A stretch of 64,000 nt of DNA from a virus. This document shows positions 37,447-46,071 of this stretch, piece by piece. Under the pieces are notes generated by a model that saw only the letters and a program-made list of their open reading frames with translations, did no database searches and was not told the origin of the DNA. Both the position numbers and the translations under genes were made by a program. How positions within the stretch are numbered: the first letter of the stretch is position 1; each line of letters opens with the position of its first letter. The stretch lies in the IMG/VR virus record IMGVR_UViG_3300034520_000378; one strand, given 5' to 3'.

Positions 37447-39288
37447 TTATACGGCCGGGCTTGCAGTTACGCTCAGCATGCCGCTTCCCTTAACGATTAT
37501 CGGGACCTCCAGCGAAGCATCGGCCAACGTCTGCACTACAATCGCCTTTTGCCCGTTCGATGCAAATACGGCATTGCCATTGAGAACCAGGTGCACATAA
37601 GCAGCCACACGGTTGTTGCTGGAATCAAACGTGTCAACATATACGCTGCTTGATATATCCACGCCATTGTATGAATAGCTCTGGCTGGCAAACCTGGTGG
37701 CTATAAACATAGATACAGAGGTGTCGGGTATAAGGTCTACGCGCAGGTCATTGGCATTAGCTGAGTATACGCACCAGAGACGCTCCAGGTCGTCAATGCC
37801 GATACCGTGTACATCATCTACAATGCTCTTTGTAAGCACCAGCTTGTCATTCACGGCATCAACCGCAAACATCAAGATTCCCTTCTGGCTTGCCACGATG
37901 ACTGTCTTATAATTACCAGCCACAAACGCCGCTTCCGGCGCAGTCTTGGCATTTACATCGAAAGGTATCGAGTAAACATCGGTCAGTGTAAGCTGGCTGC
38001 CATCGTCGATGCGGAAGAGGTACATCTTTGTACCCTCTGTGCGGTAGCGGAGCGTGGCCAGTGTGTCGTTAGTAACACCTGTATAATCCACCACAGAGTT
38101 GTAGTTCACGCACGGCACGTAGCAGAGGTACTTCTTGGTGCCGTAGTCAAGGTAGAGGAGTTTGTTGACGGTGAACATGGCGGCACCGTTGGCACAGAGG
38201 TAGTAGGCGCAGGCGTTAACAGTGGCAGCCCCCGCTCCCAACTGAGTGATGCCTACCAGGCTTGTTGTCAGGCCGTTCAGGTTTACCGCACAGGCCGCGG
38301 GCGCGGAGACGGTGTTGTTAGCCAGGTCTACCGTCAGCATGGCGATGCCGAAGGTGCCGTCGTCGCCGTAGCTGGTGATAAAGTAGACTTTGCTCCCGTC
38401 CGGCGAGACCGCTGGCTCGCTGTAGAGACAGAAGGCCGATGCGGTATTAACGACCGTTGTCTGGCTGGCCGCCACGGTGTAGATGCCGGTGGCAGGATTA
38501 TAGAGCACAGCGTTGAAGACCGTCGGCGTGTAGGCCTTGCCGTTGTTTGCGCTAGACGTGCGGGTGCCGTAGGAACTGGTCAGCACCACCAGCCTGCCGT
38601 CGGCGGTGGGGCCGAGCACGCCGTGTAGGAAGCAGTAGGAGAACCACGACGGCGCAGAGGGGGAGAAGGCGCTGTTCAGCACCACGGGGTAGCCGTACTT
38701 GGGCGGGTAGAGGGCGTAATAGTTGTAGGCGCCGCTGCTATAGAAAAACCCATCCCCCCTGTACCCTACATACGGCGCCGCCGGCCCGGTGATGCTAGTT
38801 AAAGTCTCTACCCTCAACTGGTCGCGGCCGAAGGTGACCACATTGCTCCCCACCGGAATAAACTTGCTCATGCCGTGCCGGTAGGTACCCCAGGCGGTGC
38901 TGCCGGTGTAGGTATAGTTGGTCTTGAAGTTTGCATCCACCGCTACCAGAGAGAGGAGTTCATCCGGATACCCGATCCACTTGACACCGCCTACGTCCAC
39001 AGCAGACCGTAGAGGCGTGACGCTCGGCGGCAGCGGGCAGCGGTAAGCCGGAGCCGTGCCGTCGCCCAGGTAGCGGCTGTAGTAGCGGGTATTCGTGCAA
39101 ACAGGAGTAATGTTTGCCCTCGCAGAGTAAAGCGGTATCAGAGCCACGCCTTCCGGCACGGGCACCAGCGTTGCTTTGTCATACGGTCTGCCGTTGATAA
39201 ACATGTAGTCGCCGGCTTCAATAATGAGAGGGATGCCTTGAGTATTTGTGAGAGGTTTATTAGTCTTGTAGTCGAAGATAATGGCCAT
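37447..39288 (-). CDS. Putative receptor-binding/adhesin protein with mosaic composition
   Basis: 613 aa, Y/T/G/A-rich and predicted beta. The central ~1.1 kb has conspicuously higher GC at third codon positions. Confidence 0.6.
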   Translation of the reverse strand: MAIIFDYKTNKPLTNTQGIPLIIEAGDYMFINGRPYDKATLVPVPEGVALIPLYSARANITPVCTNTRYYSRYLGDGTAPAYRCPLPPSVTPLRSAVDVGGVKWIGYPDELLSLVAVDANFKTNYTYTGSTAWGTYRHGMSKFIPVGSNVVTFGRDQLRVETLTSITGPAAPYVGYRGDGFFYSSGAYNYYALYPPKYGYPVVLNSAFSPSAPSWFSYCFLHGVLGPTADGRLVVLTSSYGTRTSSANNGKAYTPTVFNAVLYNPATGIYTVAASQTTVVNTASAFCLYSEPAVSPDGSKVYFITSYGDDGTFGIAMLTVDLANNTVSAPAACAVNLNGLTTSLVGITQLGAGAATVNACAYYLCANGAAMFTVNKLLYLDYGTKKYLCYVPCVNYNSVVDYTGVTNDTLATLRYRTEGTKMYLFRIDDGSQLTLTDVYSIPFDVNAKTAPEAAFVAGNYKTVIVASQKGILMFAVDAVNDKLVLTKSIVDDVHGIGIDDLERLWCVYSANANDLRVDLIPDTSVSMFIATRFASQSYSYNGVDISSSVYVDTFDSSNNRVAAYVHLVLNGNAVFASNGQKAIVVQTLADASLEVPIIVKGSGMLSVTASPAV

Positions 39289-39292
39289 CCTG

Positions 39293-39712
39293 TTAACCCC
39301 CTATTGCAATGTAGTTGACTTGATACTTAACCTTACCTTTCCCTGAGGCACGGATAATGATGTCGTTCCTGATGACTTCAAAAGAGGCTGTGCGCCCGGA
39401 AGGGATAGAGCCTGAGTAGAGCATGTCCTGCCCGCTGTAGACTTCAAAGCTTACAGAATCAGGAGAGGCGTTTGCGATGTCGATGACGCCGTTGATGACC
39501 GCCCCCTGGACTATGCTGTACAGGGAAAAGACATCCTCTAACTGCTGGGTGTCGAACTCGACCTCTGCCGATTCAGATTTGATCTGGGTGGACATGGAGT
39601 TGAGCCTATCGGCAAGCGTTGCTTTACCGCCGCGCGCTTCGGCGATCTCATTCCTGAGCGCTTCTATCTTAAGGCTGTGTATCTGATAGTCCTGTATGCG
39701 TGTGGTTGCCAT
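39293..39712 (-). CDS. Small structural protein
   Basis: The 'EIAEARGGKATLADRLN' motif is typical of Bacillota tail/baseplate proteins. Confidence 0.65.
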   Translation of the reverse strand: MATTRIQDYQIHSLKIEALRNEIAEARGGKATLADRLNSMSTQIKSESAEVEFDTQQLEDVFSLYSIVQGAVINGVIDIANASPDSVSFEVYSGQDMLYSGSIPSGRTASFEVIRNDIIIRASGKGKVKYQVNYIAIGG

Positions 39713-39743
39713 GACGATCCTCCTTCGACCGTTCTCTATGCAT

Positions 39744-39752
39744 TATACTACC
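39744..39752 (-). promoter_or_regulatory. Candidate phage late promoter motif GGTAGTATA
   Basis: Immediately after a terminator-like hairpin and U-tract, about 32 nt upstream of ATG 39712. Confidence 0.5.
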
Positions 39753-39756
39753 CAAC

Positions 39757-39808
39757 AAAAAGAGGGCAGGGACGGCTCATGTGTTGAGGAGAATGTTCAA
39801 CTGCCCTC
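39757..39808 (-). terminator. Terminator-like hairpin with a large loop
   Basis: GAGGGCAG...CTGCCCTC followed by TTTTT, after the baseplate J gene. Confidence 0.55.
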
Positions 39809-39811
39809 CGC

Positions 39812-40642
39812 TTATCGTGCCGCGCTTACCACCCGAACGCCTACCGCTCCGTCCTCTACAAACCTTTCATTCCAACGGCACTGCTGGTCGGCTACGTCAA
39901 CCTTTCTCCCGTTTCTTGTAAGGGAAAGTATCCTGACTTCCTCTGCTGCCGGGTGTACCGCGTCTTTGACTACTGCTAACAGATCTGAGATTACCAATGG
40001 CGCGCCGGGGTATAGGGAGTTAAGATACTTTGCCGCTGAAAGCTCGGCTGCCGACCTGTAAGCTGCTTTGTCGTCATCCATCACATCGCCGCTGAACGCC
40101 ACGAAAAGCTCCAAGCCTATCGGTATCAACCTGGGGAGCAGGACTTCGACACGGGTGCCGCATGCCTTAACCTCCTCCACAGCCCACCTTACGCTCTCCA
40201 CTATGCTGTCAAACTGAGCCGGGTCGTCCGCAACCACGTACACAGCACAGGACCCGGTGCCCAGGGCATGCTCGTGGATTATGACGTCCTTAACGCCCTC
40301 TACAGACAGCGCAGCAAGCCTGATAGCGGTGGTATTAGCCGTAGCATCGGCAAGCGCCTGCTGGGATATCCTGTACCTGTACTCATCGTCCGGTTCATCG
40401 GGCAGTCGCTTGCAGTGGACTATATCGCCTAACAGATCGAGGAATTCGCCCGAGGCTGTTGAGACGAAGCTGCTGTAGTGTGCAGTGCTGAGCTGTCTGT
40501 ACAGGTCCTCCACAGCGGAATTTACAACTGCAAGCAGCAGCCGCACCACGCTGCCCGGGCCGCTGTCGCCCAACACCGTGCTCTTCAGCAGCTCAAGCGC
40601 CCGCGTCTGAAGCTCGTCTAACGTTCTAACAGGAATGAACAC
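39812..40642 (-). CDS. Baseplate J/gp47-like protein
   Basis: 'PGSVVRLL', 'TASGEFLDLLG', 'EPDDEYRYRI' and 'ALSVEGVKDV'. Confidence 0.85.
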   Translation of the reverse strand: MFIPVRTLDELQTRALELLKSTVLGDSGPGSVVRLLLAVVNSAVEDLYRQLSTAHYSSFVSTASGEFLDLLGDIVHCKRLPDEPDDEYRYRISQQALADATANTTAIRLAALSVEGVKDVIIHEHALGTGSCAVYVVADDPAQFDSIVESVRWAVEEVKACGTRVEVLLPRLIPIGLELFVAFSGDVMDDDKAAYRSAAELSAAKYLNSLYPGAPLVISDLLAVVKDAVHPAAEEVRILSLTRNGRKVDVADQQCRWNERFVEDGAVGVRVVSAAR

Positions 40643-40664
40643 GCTTGACTACCTCCCCTTTTCT

Positions 40665-41084
40665 TTACACCTGCGTCACCGTAGCGCCGCTGTTCAGGTT
40701 TAGGTCAACCTTGAAACCAACGGGATTCCACATATCGGCCGTCTTGACAAACACGAACACGTTAAGCGTCACACTGTCTATAGGTACTGCCTTGACAAAT
40801 ACATCATTTCGCGATAGCAGGCCGTCCCCCGTCAGAGTCGACACAATCCTTTCGGTTATCGCGTCAGCCGTCTCCCTGGAGTTGGGATACCCGAGAAAGT
40901 CTATGAGGTCGGCGCCGATGTGGTCGTAAAACCAGTCAACGGTCACCGATTTCAGCCTGTTTCTAACAGACTGGATAACGTATTCCGCACCTTCGGCCAG
41001 CATTATGTCGCCCACATCGTCAAGAACAATGTCACCGTCTTCTGAAAGCATGATATCGGCCACTGCACACGCCTCCCCTCTCAT
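40665..41084 (-). CDS. Baseplate wedge gp25/DUF2634-like protein
   Basis: 'DIMLSEDGDIVL..GDI...QSVRNRL..DWFY...GADL', directly upstream of baseplate J. Confidence 0.7.
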   Translation of the reverse strand: MRGEACAVADIMLSEDGDIVLDDVGDIMLAEGAEYVIQSVRNRLKSVTVDWFYDHIGADLIDFLGYPNSRETADAITERIVSTLTGDGLLSRNDVFVKAVPIDSVTLNVFVFVKTADMWNPVGFKVDLNLNSGATVTQV

Positions 41085-41590
41085 TCAAATACGTACTTGG
41101 GCGCCTTAAAGCGTATCGGTTGTGAGGATCTTATCTCAACACCGCCGTCAGAGGTGATGTTTACCTTCACCTTGCCGCTTACGGTTACCGTTCTGTCTGA
41201 GGTTATCTTCACGTTCTTCCTGCTCCTGACATCAATGTCCGAGTGACACATCACGGTGGTCTTACCTTTTATCTCCGCCTTGAGCTCTTTGTTGATATGG
41301 CTCAAGACATGGTTCAAATGATGCACCAGCCTGTCTGCGATGAAATGCATGGACTCATCAAGCGGATCAAGCTTTATGCCGCAGTCGTTTTCGACGAATA
41401 TGTCAATGGTGCCGTCATCGTGCAGCCGTACGGAGCTTTTATGCAGTGGGTGCGACAGCGCCACCTCCTGCGTTTTGGGAAACGGTACGTCCTGAAGCTG
41501 CTCTTCAATGCTCTGCAGCGGGTGCTCTATTCTCTTTGTCAGCAGCTCGTTCAATCTTTCCTGCGGACTAGGTGGAATACCGATGCTCAA
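41081..41590 (-). CDS. Baseplate spike, C-terminal-like (beta-helix) protein
   Basis: 'SVRLHDDGTIDIF' and ~8-residue periodic beta repeats ending in 'IRFKAP'. Confidence 0.55.
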   Translation of the reverse strand: MSIGIPPSPQERLNELLTKRIEHPLQSIEEQLQDVPFPKTQEVALSHPLHKSSVRLHDDGTIDIFVENDCGIKLDPLDESMHFIADRLVHHLNHVLSHINKELKAEIKGKTTVMCHSDIDVRSRKNVKITSDRTVTVSGKVKVNITSDGGVEIRSSQPIRFKAPKYVFE

Positions 41591-41593
41591 CTG

Positions 41594-41992
41594 CTACCAC
41601 CCCACAAACTGACGCGTGCTTAAAGCCTGTCTTGATATTAGTATCCCATGCTTTTGGTAGTTCTGTGAATGCCCCCTGGTTGCAGCCATGTACGCGTTAT
41701 CGACAAGCCCCACAACCATTGGCGTATTGTAGCTGCCGTTTATGAACTCCACAAGCACCTTTTGGCCGGGCATCGGACCGGCCGTCTTAACACCACCGGA
41801 TATAACCACCGGCACGCGCTCAAATAAGCTGTCGACACCCGTCCCGGGCTCGCTAATTCTGACGGATGCCAGATTGGTCTTTTCATCGTAGCTCTCGATA
41901 ACACCAATTAACGGCCGTGCCTGCGTTCGCAGCACGGGCAGCACGACCTCGTCAATCAACATCTGTTTGAATGACGACAACTTACACAGCAC
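41594..41992 (-). CDS. Baseplate spike OB-fold (GpV/gp5 N-terminal-like) protein
   Basis: 'GVIESYD...ASVRI...VPV...PMPGQKVLVEFINGS..PMVVG'. Confidence 0.7.
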   Translation of the reverse strand: MLCKLSSFKQMLIDEVVLPVLRTQARPLIGVIESYDEKTNLASVRISEPGTGVDSLFERVPVVISGGVKTAGPMPGQKVLVEFINGSYNTPMVVGLVDNAYMAATRGHSQNYQKHGILISRQALSTRQFVGW

Positions 41993-42013
41993 CCCCTAAT
42001 CCAGCAGCTATGG

Positions 42014-43963
42014 TTACGGCAGCCGCCAGGACGACGGCGGCAGGTATTCAAGCGGATCCACATGCTTACCGTTGATCCTGAGCTCAAAATGCAGATGCGG
42101 TCCGGTAGAGTTACCAGTACTGCCTTGATAGCCTATTACCTGGCCCTGATATACAGGCTCCCCTCGAGCTACAGTGACCGTTTTCATGTGCGCATACAGC
42201 GTTTCTATACCGTCGCCATGGTCGATTATGACATAGTGTCCGTAACCGTCACGGTCATAAGCTACCAGCTTTACCGTCCCGCTCGCCACAGCGAGGATCG
42301 GTGCCGGACTGTCTTTTTCGCTGAACGCCAGGTCAACACCCTTGTGCTCTCTGTAACCGCCAGATGACTTCTTCCTCTTCTCCCCAAATGCCGACGTTAC
42401 TGTACCCACCCTGTTCGATGGCGACCCAAACACCAGCACACCGCGGCTGGCTTGTATTGTTTGCTGTCCGGGTTCACCCTCCGCAATGCTGGGCGGTATG
42501 CGGTCGTTGTCATATGCTATGATATGTTTGCCACCAGTTATTCCAGCAACGAAATAGTTGCCCTTGAGGAACAGTGGGAATATCTTTATCCTGTTGAGGT
42601 TCTCAAAGAAGATACAGATCTTCCTCAGCGCTTTGTTGATGAGCTCAGTTACTAGGTATGTTATGACGAAGCTGACAATGCCTGCCGTTCCAATAGCTCT
42701 AATACCTGCTATTACACCCCGTATACCAGCTGAAATAGCTGCCACGGTTCTAGCAGTTTTAGCAGTCAGTATAGCGGCGCGTGCCGCTCTGTATGCCCCA
42801 ACAGCTGCGCTCATTACCTGTACAAGCCGTACCCTGTTCCAGCACACAAACGTACCAACCGCAAGTCCGTTCGTGATAATACGCGCCAGCGTGTTCGCCT
42901 TGCCATCCGTTGTTGTTATAAGATCAGGCTTGATAGAGGTGACAAACCCCGTCTCACCGGAAAACATGTACACCACACGCCCAACCTCGCACAGGCCGTA
43001 CATGTGGTTGACCGTGTCGTTAAGCGATATCATGTCATACGGCTTAATCCCCGGTATACCGCGCGTCACCAGCTCGCCACGGTACATGTCACGCATCCGT
43101 TCGGCCAGATAGTTGCGCCCGTATGCCAGCGCAACGTCCTCGCCCAGCGTAACCCCCAGAAAGCTGTACACCCCATCAGGGCCGAGTATGTCCTGCACCG
43201 TCCCTGAATCCACAATCTCCGTCTTCTGTAAGTCCGACCTTATGGTAAAGTCGGCGCGCACAATCGGCGATGTCTTGGGCGAGCTGCCGCGCGTGTATAT
43301 CACCGAGACGTTTGTGATAATGTCCCTCGAGCTTGCTATTACCTGGTTGTCTATGATATCGCTATGCGACGACAAGGCATGGAACTGCTGCATGGTAGTG
43401 TATACACACTCGTAGTTTTCGTATCCAGCAAACGGTCCCGATGCCTTATCGGAAACCCCTTCTATCCATTCTTTTATGTGCCCAATTGGGTCCTCGAAAA
43501 ACTCCTCTATCCATTTGTTGGCTTGGGCAGCCGGATTTGAGGGTTTATACACGTAGGCTTTAAGTTTCTGCCTGCCAAACTTAAGCGCCTCATTGCGGTC
43601 AGGAATGAATATGTCCAGTCGATACCCCTTGATAGCACCACCAGTGTCTTCGGCTATAAACCAACCCCTATTTGGCCAGTGTTGAAGCGCGGGAATGAAT
43701 ATCCTAGACCCGTAAGGGATAAGCTTTGGGTCAACCGCGATTGTACGGCCGTATGTAACTTTCGTACCTGTAGCCGTAATACCGCGCCCGTCCATCCCAG
43801 GATCATTTGCCGTATATGCCGTAACTATAAACTCAGCCTCTATATCCGCTTCTGCTATAAGCAGCTCCCAGGAGCCGCTCTTCATCGCAAGCCATACCTT
43901 TTCAAGAAAGGTAGCGGCATGTTGTGCAGTCTCTCCAATCCAGGAAGACAGCCCACCAGACAA
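42014..43963 (-). CDS. Baseplate hub/tail-associated lysin: 3D domain, hub segment and M23 peptidase
   Basis: 3D domain 'TAY...TATG...IAVDP..IPYGS...AEDTGGAIKG.RLDIF'. M23 domain 'HKGVDLA...YAHM...STGPHLHFE'. Confidence 0.9.
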   Translation of the reverse strand: MSGGLSSWIGETAQHAATFLEKVWLAMKSGSWELLIAEADIEAEFIVTAYTANDPGMDGRGITATGTKVTYGRTIAVDPKLIPYGSRIFIPALQHWPNRGWFIAEDTGGAIKGYRLDIFIPDRNEALKFGRQKLKAYVYKPSNPAAQANKWIEEFFEDPIGHIKEWIEGVSDKASGPFAGYENYECVYTTMQQFHALSSHSDIIDNQVIASSRDIITNVSVIYTRGSSPKTSPIVRADFTIRSDLQKTEIVDSGTVQDILGPDGVYSFLGVTLGEDVALAYGRNYLAERMRDMYRGELVTRGIPGIKPYDMISLNDTVNHMYGLCEVGRVVYMFSGETGFVTSIKPDLITTTDGKANTLARIITNGLAVGTFVCWNRVRLVQVMSAAVGAYRAARAAILTAKTARTVAAISAGIRGVIAGIRAIGTAGIVSFVITYLVTELINKALRKICIFFENLNRIKIFPLFLKGNYFVAGITGGKHIIAYDNDRIPPSIAEGEPGQQTIQASRGVLVFGSPSNRVGTVTSAFGEKRKKSSGGYREHKGVDLAFSEKDSPAPILAVASGTVKLVAYDRDGYGHYVIIDHGDGIETLYAHMKTVTVARGEPVYQGQVIGYQGSTGNSTGPHLHFELRINGKHVDPLEYLPPSSWRLP

Positions 43964-44003
43964 CTACAGTCATCCTCCCTTTTATCTCAAGCAGGCTCAA
44001 TGG

Positions 44004-45995
44004 TTACTTGAGCAGTGCGTTTATCTTGCTCCACGTTTGATACCCCACAATACCGTCGACCTTTAGGCCGTACCGCTTTTGGAACGCCTTGACAGCCGCC
44101 TCCGTCTTTGCACCAAAGATTCCGTCCACTTTGCCGCAGTTGAACCCCAGGCTGTTCAGCGCAGTCTGCAGGCGCGCTACCGCCTCGCCTTGGTCTCCAC
44201 GGCGCAGTGTCGGATAAGTGGACTGCTGCGTTGCGGTGCCACGACTCGACAGAGCCGCAGAAGAAGACAGCCCCACTCCGGGCAGCGCCATCCCCTTGCC
44301 GTTCTTGCGCCGGTACCTTATACACACAGGCCAGAACGGCATCCCGATAAACAGCGTTGACCTAAACTGAAATGGCAGAACTGCGGCTACATATCCATCA
44401 GCTGTTAGCGTACAAGTCTTGATAACATCCCATGGCGTCTTGTTAGCAAGGAATACGGACACATACGGCCCTGTAAAGATGGAAGTATCGCCCATGTACA
44501 CCTGAAGTGGAGGGCGCTGCGGTCCTGAAGCGTATACAGCCGCACCGCCTCTGCGCTGTGCTACACGGTCCGCTACACCCATCAACTTGTCACGCGGGTT
44601 GCCCTGCGTGCCGCCGCCCGATGAGGTGCCCATGTTTGCCGCATTGGGCGCGGACTGCGTCGCTACCTTCTTCCAGTGCTCGTTAAAGTCCGCACCAGCC
44701 AGCGTAAATGGATAGACGTTCAACATGACGTCCCATGTCTGTATCGTGCCCATCAACTGCGACGCAATCGTAAGAGGTGTCGTATGCTTTCGGACGGTCC
44801 CAAAGTGCTCTATGCCGTACGGGCTTGATGCGCCGTACTGATACTGACCCACTACATCGCCAGCCAGGGCGGAAAGTGTCCCGGGCCAGTTAAAATGAAA
44901 CCCCCAGCCACGCTTGGTCATTATGTTCCTTATGATACTGTCGGGCGTAAGGCCAAACTTGAACAGGCCGGTCTTGTCCTCGTCCGAGAAGCCGGGCATC
45001 GTGTTCATGAGTTCGTGCCCATCACCCTGTGCCACAAACGTGACTATTTCGTCAGCGTTTGCCTCAACTATTGTACCATTGAACAACACGGGCAGGCGCG
45101 ACGCCACAGCACCGTAACCCATACGTATGTGTACTCGCGTACCGGGATTTATGTTAAGCTCGTCAAGCAGTCTCTTGCGCGCATCAATGCTCTTTTTGTC
45201 TATCACTGTTGGAAGTATGTTCTTCAGCGCCTGGCCAAGCCAACTCTGATTGGTGTCAGATGTAGGTGTAAGCGGCTGACTATTCAGCGCGCCATACGTA
45301 TTCGTCACTTCTATGTAAGCAAGGTCAGCCGGATTCTTCCTGTCCTTCACTATGCTTATACCAACAAGGGAGTGGTAGAAGTAGAAGTTGTTCCACAGCT
45401 TGCGACCGCCTACCCACTCGCCTTCGTCAATGAACAGAATAAGGTACGTTGGGAACGCCTGAACCAGCCGGCCGCGTCCGCCATACGCCAGCTCATCGTG
45501 ATACATCATGTTGGATATCTGCTCCGGCGTGAACTTGGTCGGGTCTATATCGCTGTGCAGGTCGTATGCTTTCTCCTTTAACGGATGTACAAAATAGCAC
45601 GAATCCAAAGGCGCAAACCATGACGGTTTTTTGGTAGCATCAACCTGGGCACTGAGGAATGTCCCCGACGTCGACGCAGATCGTTCTGCAACAGGCTGCC
45701 CTGCTGATGTTTTTGATTCAAGTAGTTCGATTATCTTACCCCACGTCTGCGGCCCCACAATCCCGTCAACCTTCAAATTGTATGCACTTTGGAACGCCTT
45801 CACAGCAGCTTCCGTCTTGGGGCCGAATATACCGTCCACTGCTCCACAGTTAAAGCCGAGGGTATTCAAGGCCTCCTGTAGTGTCCTTACCGCTTCGCCA
45901 CGAGAACCTCTCCTCAATAGTGTTTTAGCGCTGTTGCGTAATAAGCCCACGGCACCACTGCTGCTGCCACCATCACTATGCATTGTAACAGCCAT
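44004..45995 (-). CDS. Baseplate hub-like protein flanked by two PG_binding_1 domains
   Basis: PG-binding units at both ends ('LRRG..GEAV..LQ..LN.LGFNCG.VDGIFG.KTEAAVKAFQ...LKVDGIVG.QTW') and a hub-like 'GTRVHIRMGYG...FNGTIVE...AQGDG'. Confidence 0.8.
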   Translation of the reverse strand: MAVTMHSDGGSSSGAVGLLRNSAKTLLRRGSRGEAVRTLQEALNTLGFNCGAVDGIFGPKTEAAVKAFQSAYNLKVDGIVGPQTWGKIIELLESKTSAGQPVAERSASTSGTFLSAQVDATKKPSWFAPLDSCYFVHPLKEKAYDLHSDIDPTKFTPEQISNMMYHDELAYGGRGRLVQAFPTYLILFIDEGEWVGGRKLWNNFYFYHSLVGISIVKDRKNPADLAYIEVTNTYGALNSQPLTPTSDTNQSWLGQALKNILPTVIDKKSIDARKRLLDELNINPGTRVHIRMGYGAVASRLPVLFNGTIVEANADEIVTFVAQGDGHELMNTMPGFSDEDKTGLFKFGLTPDSIIRNIMTKRGWGFHFNWPGTLSALAGDVVGQYQYGASSPYGIEHFGTVRKHTTPLTIASQLMGTIQTWDVMLNVYPFTLAGADFNEHWKKVATQSAPNAANMGTSSGGGTQGNPRDKLMGVADRVAQRRGGAAVYASGPQRPPLQVYMGDTSIFTGPYVSVFLANKTPWDVIKTCTLTADGYVAAVLPFQFRSTLFIGMPFWPVCIRYRRKNGKGMALPGVGLSSSAALSSRGTATQQSTYPTLRRGDQGEAVARLQTALNSLGFNCGKVDGIFGAKTEAAVKAFQKRYGLKVDGIVGYQTWSKINALLK

Positions 45996-46071
45996 GAGAA
46001 AACGCCATCTTAAGCCGCCGCTAAGGCGAGCAAAGACGGCTTAGACACCCCCTCTGTTCGTCTGATAATTA

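Noticed and set aside
1-39288. Recombinase-driven shufflon or invertible tail-fibre cassettes
   Set aside because: All fibre genes are co-oriented. I saw no inverted cassettes or repeated crossover sites.
46008-46046. Hairpin TAAGCCG...CGGCTTA between a SD-like GAGGGGG and the 45995 start
   Set aside because: It has no adjacent U-tract, and the spacing does not convincingly make a split RBS. I cannot assign a function.
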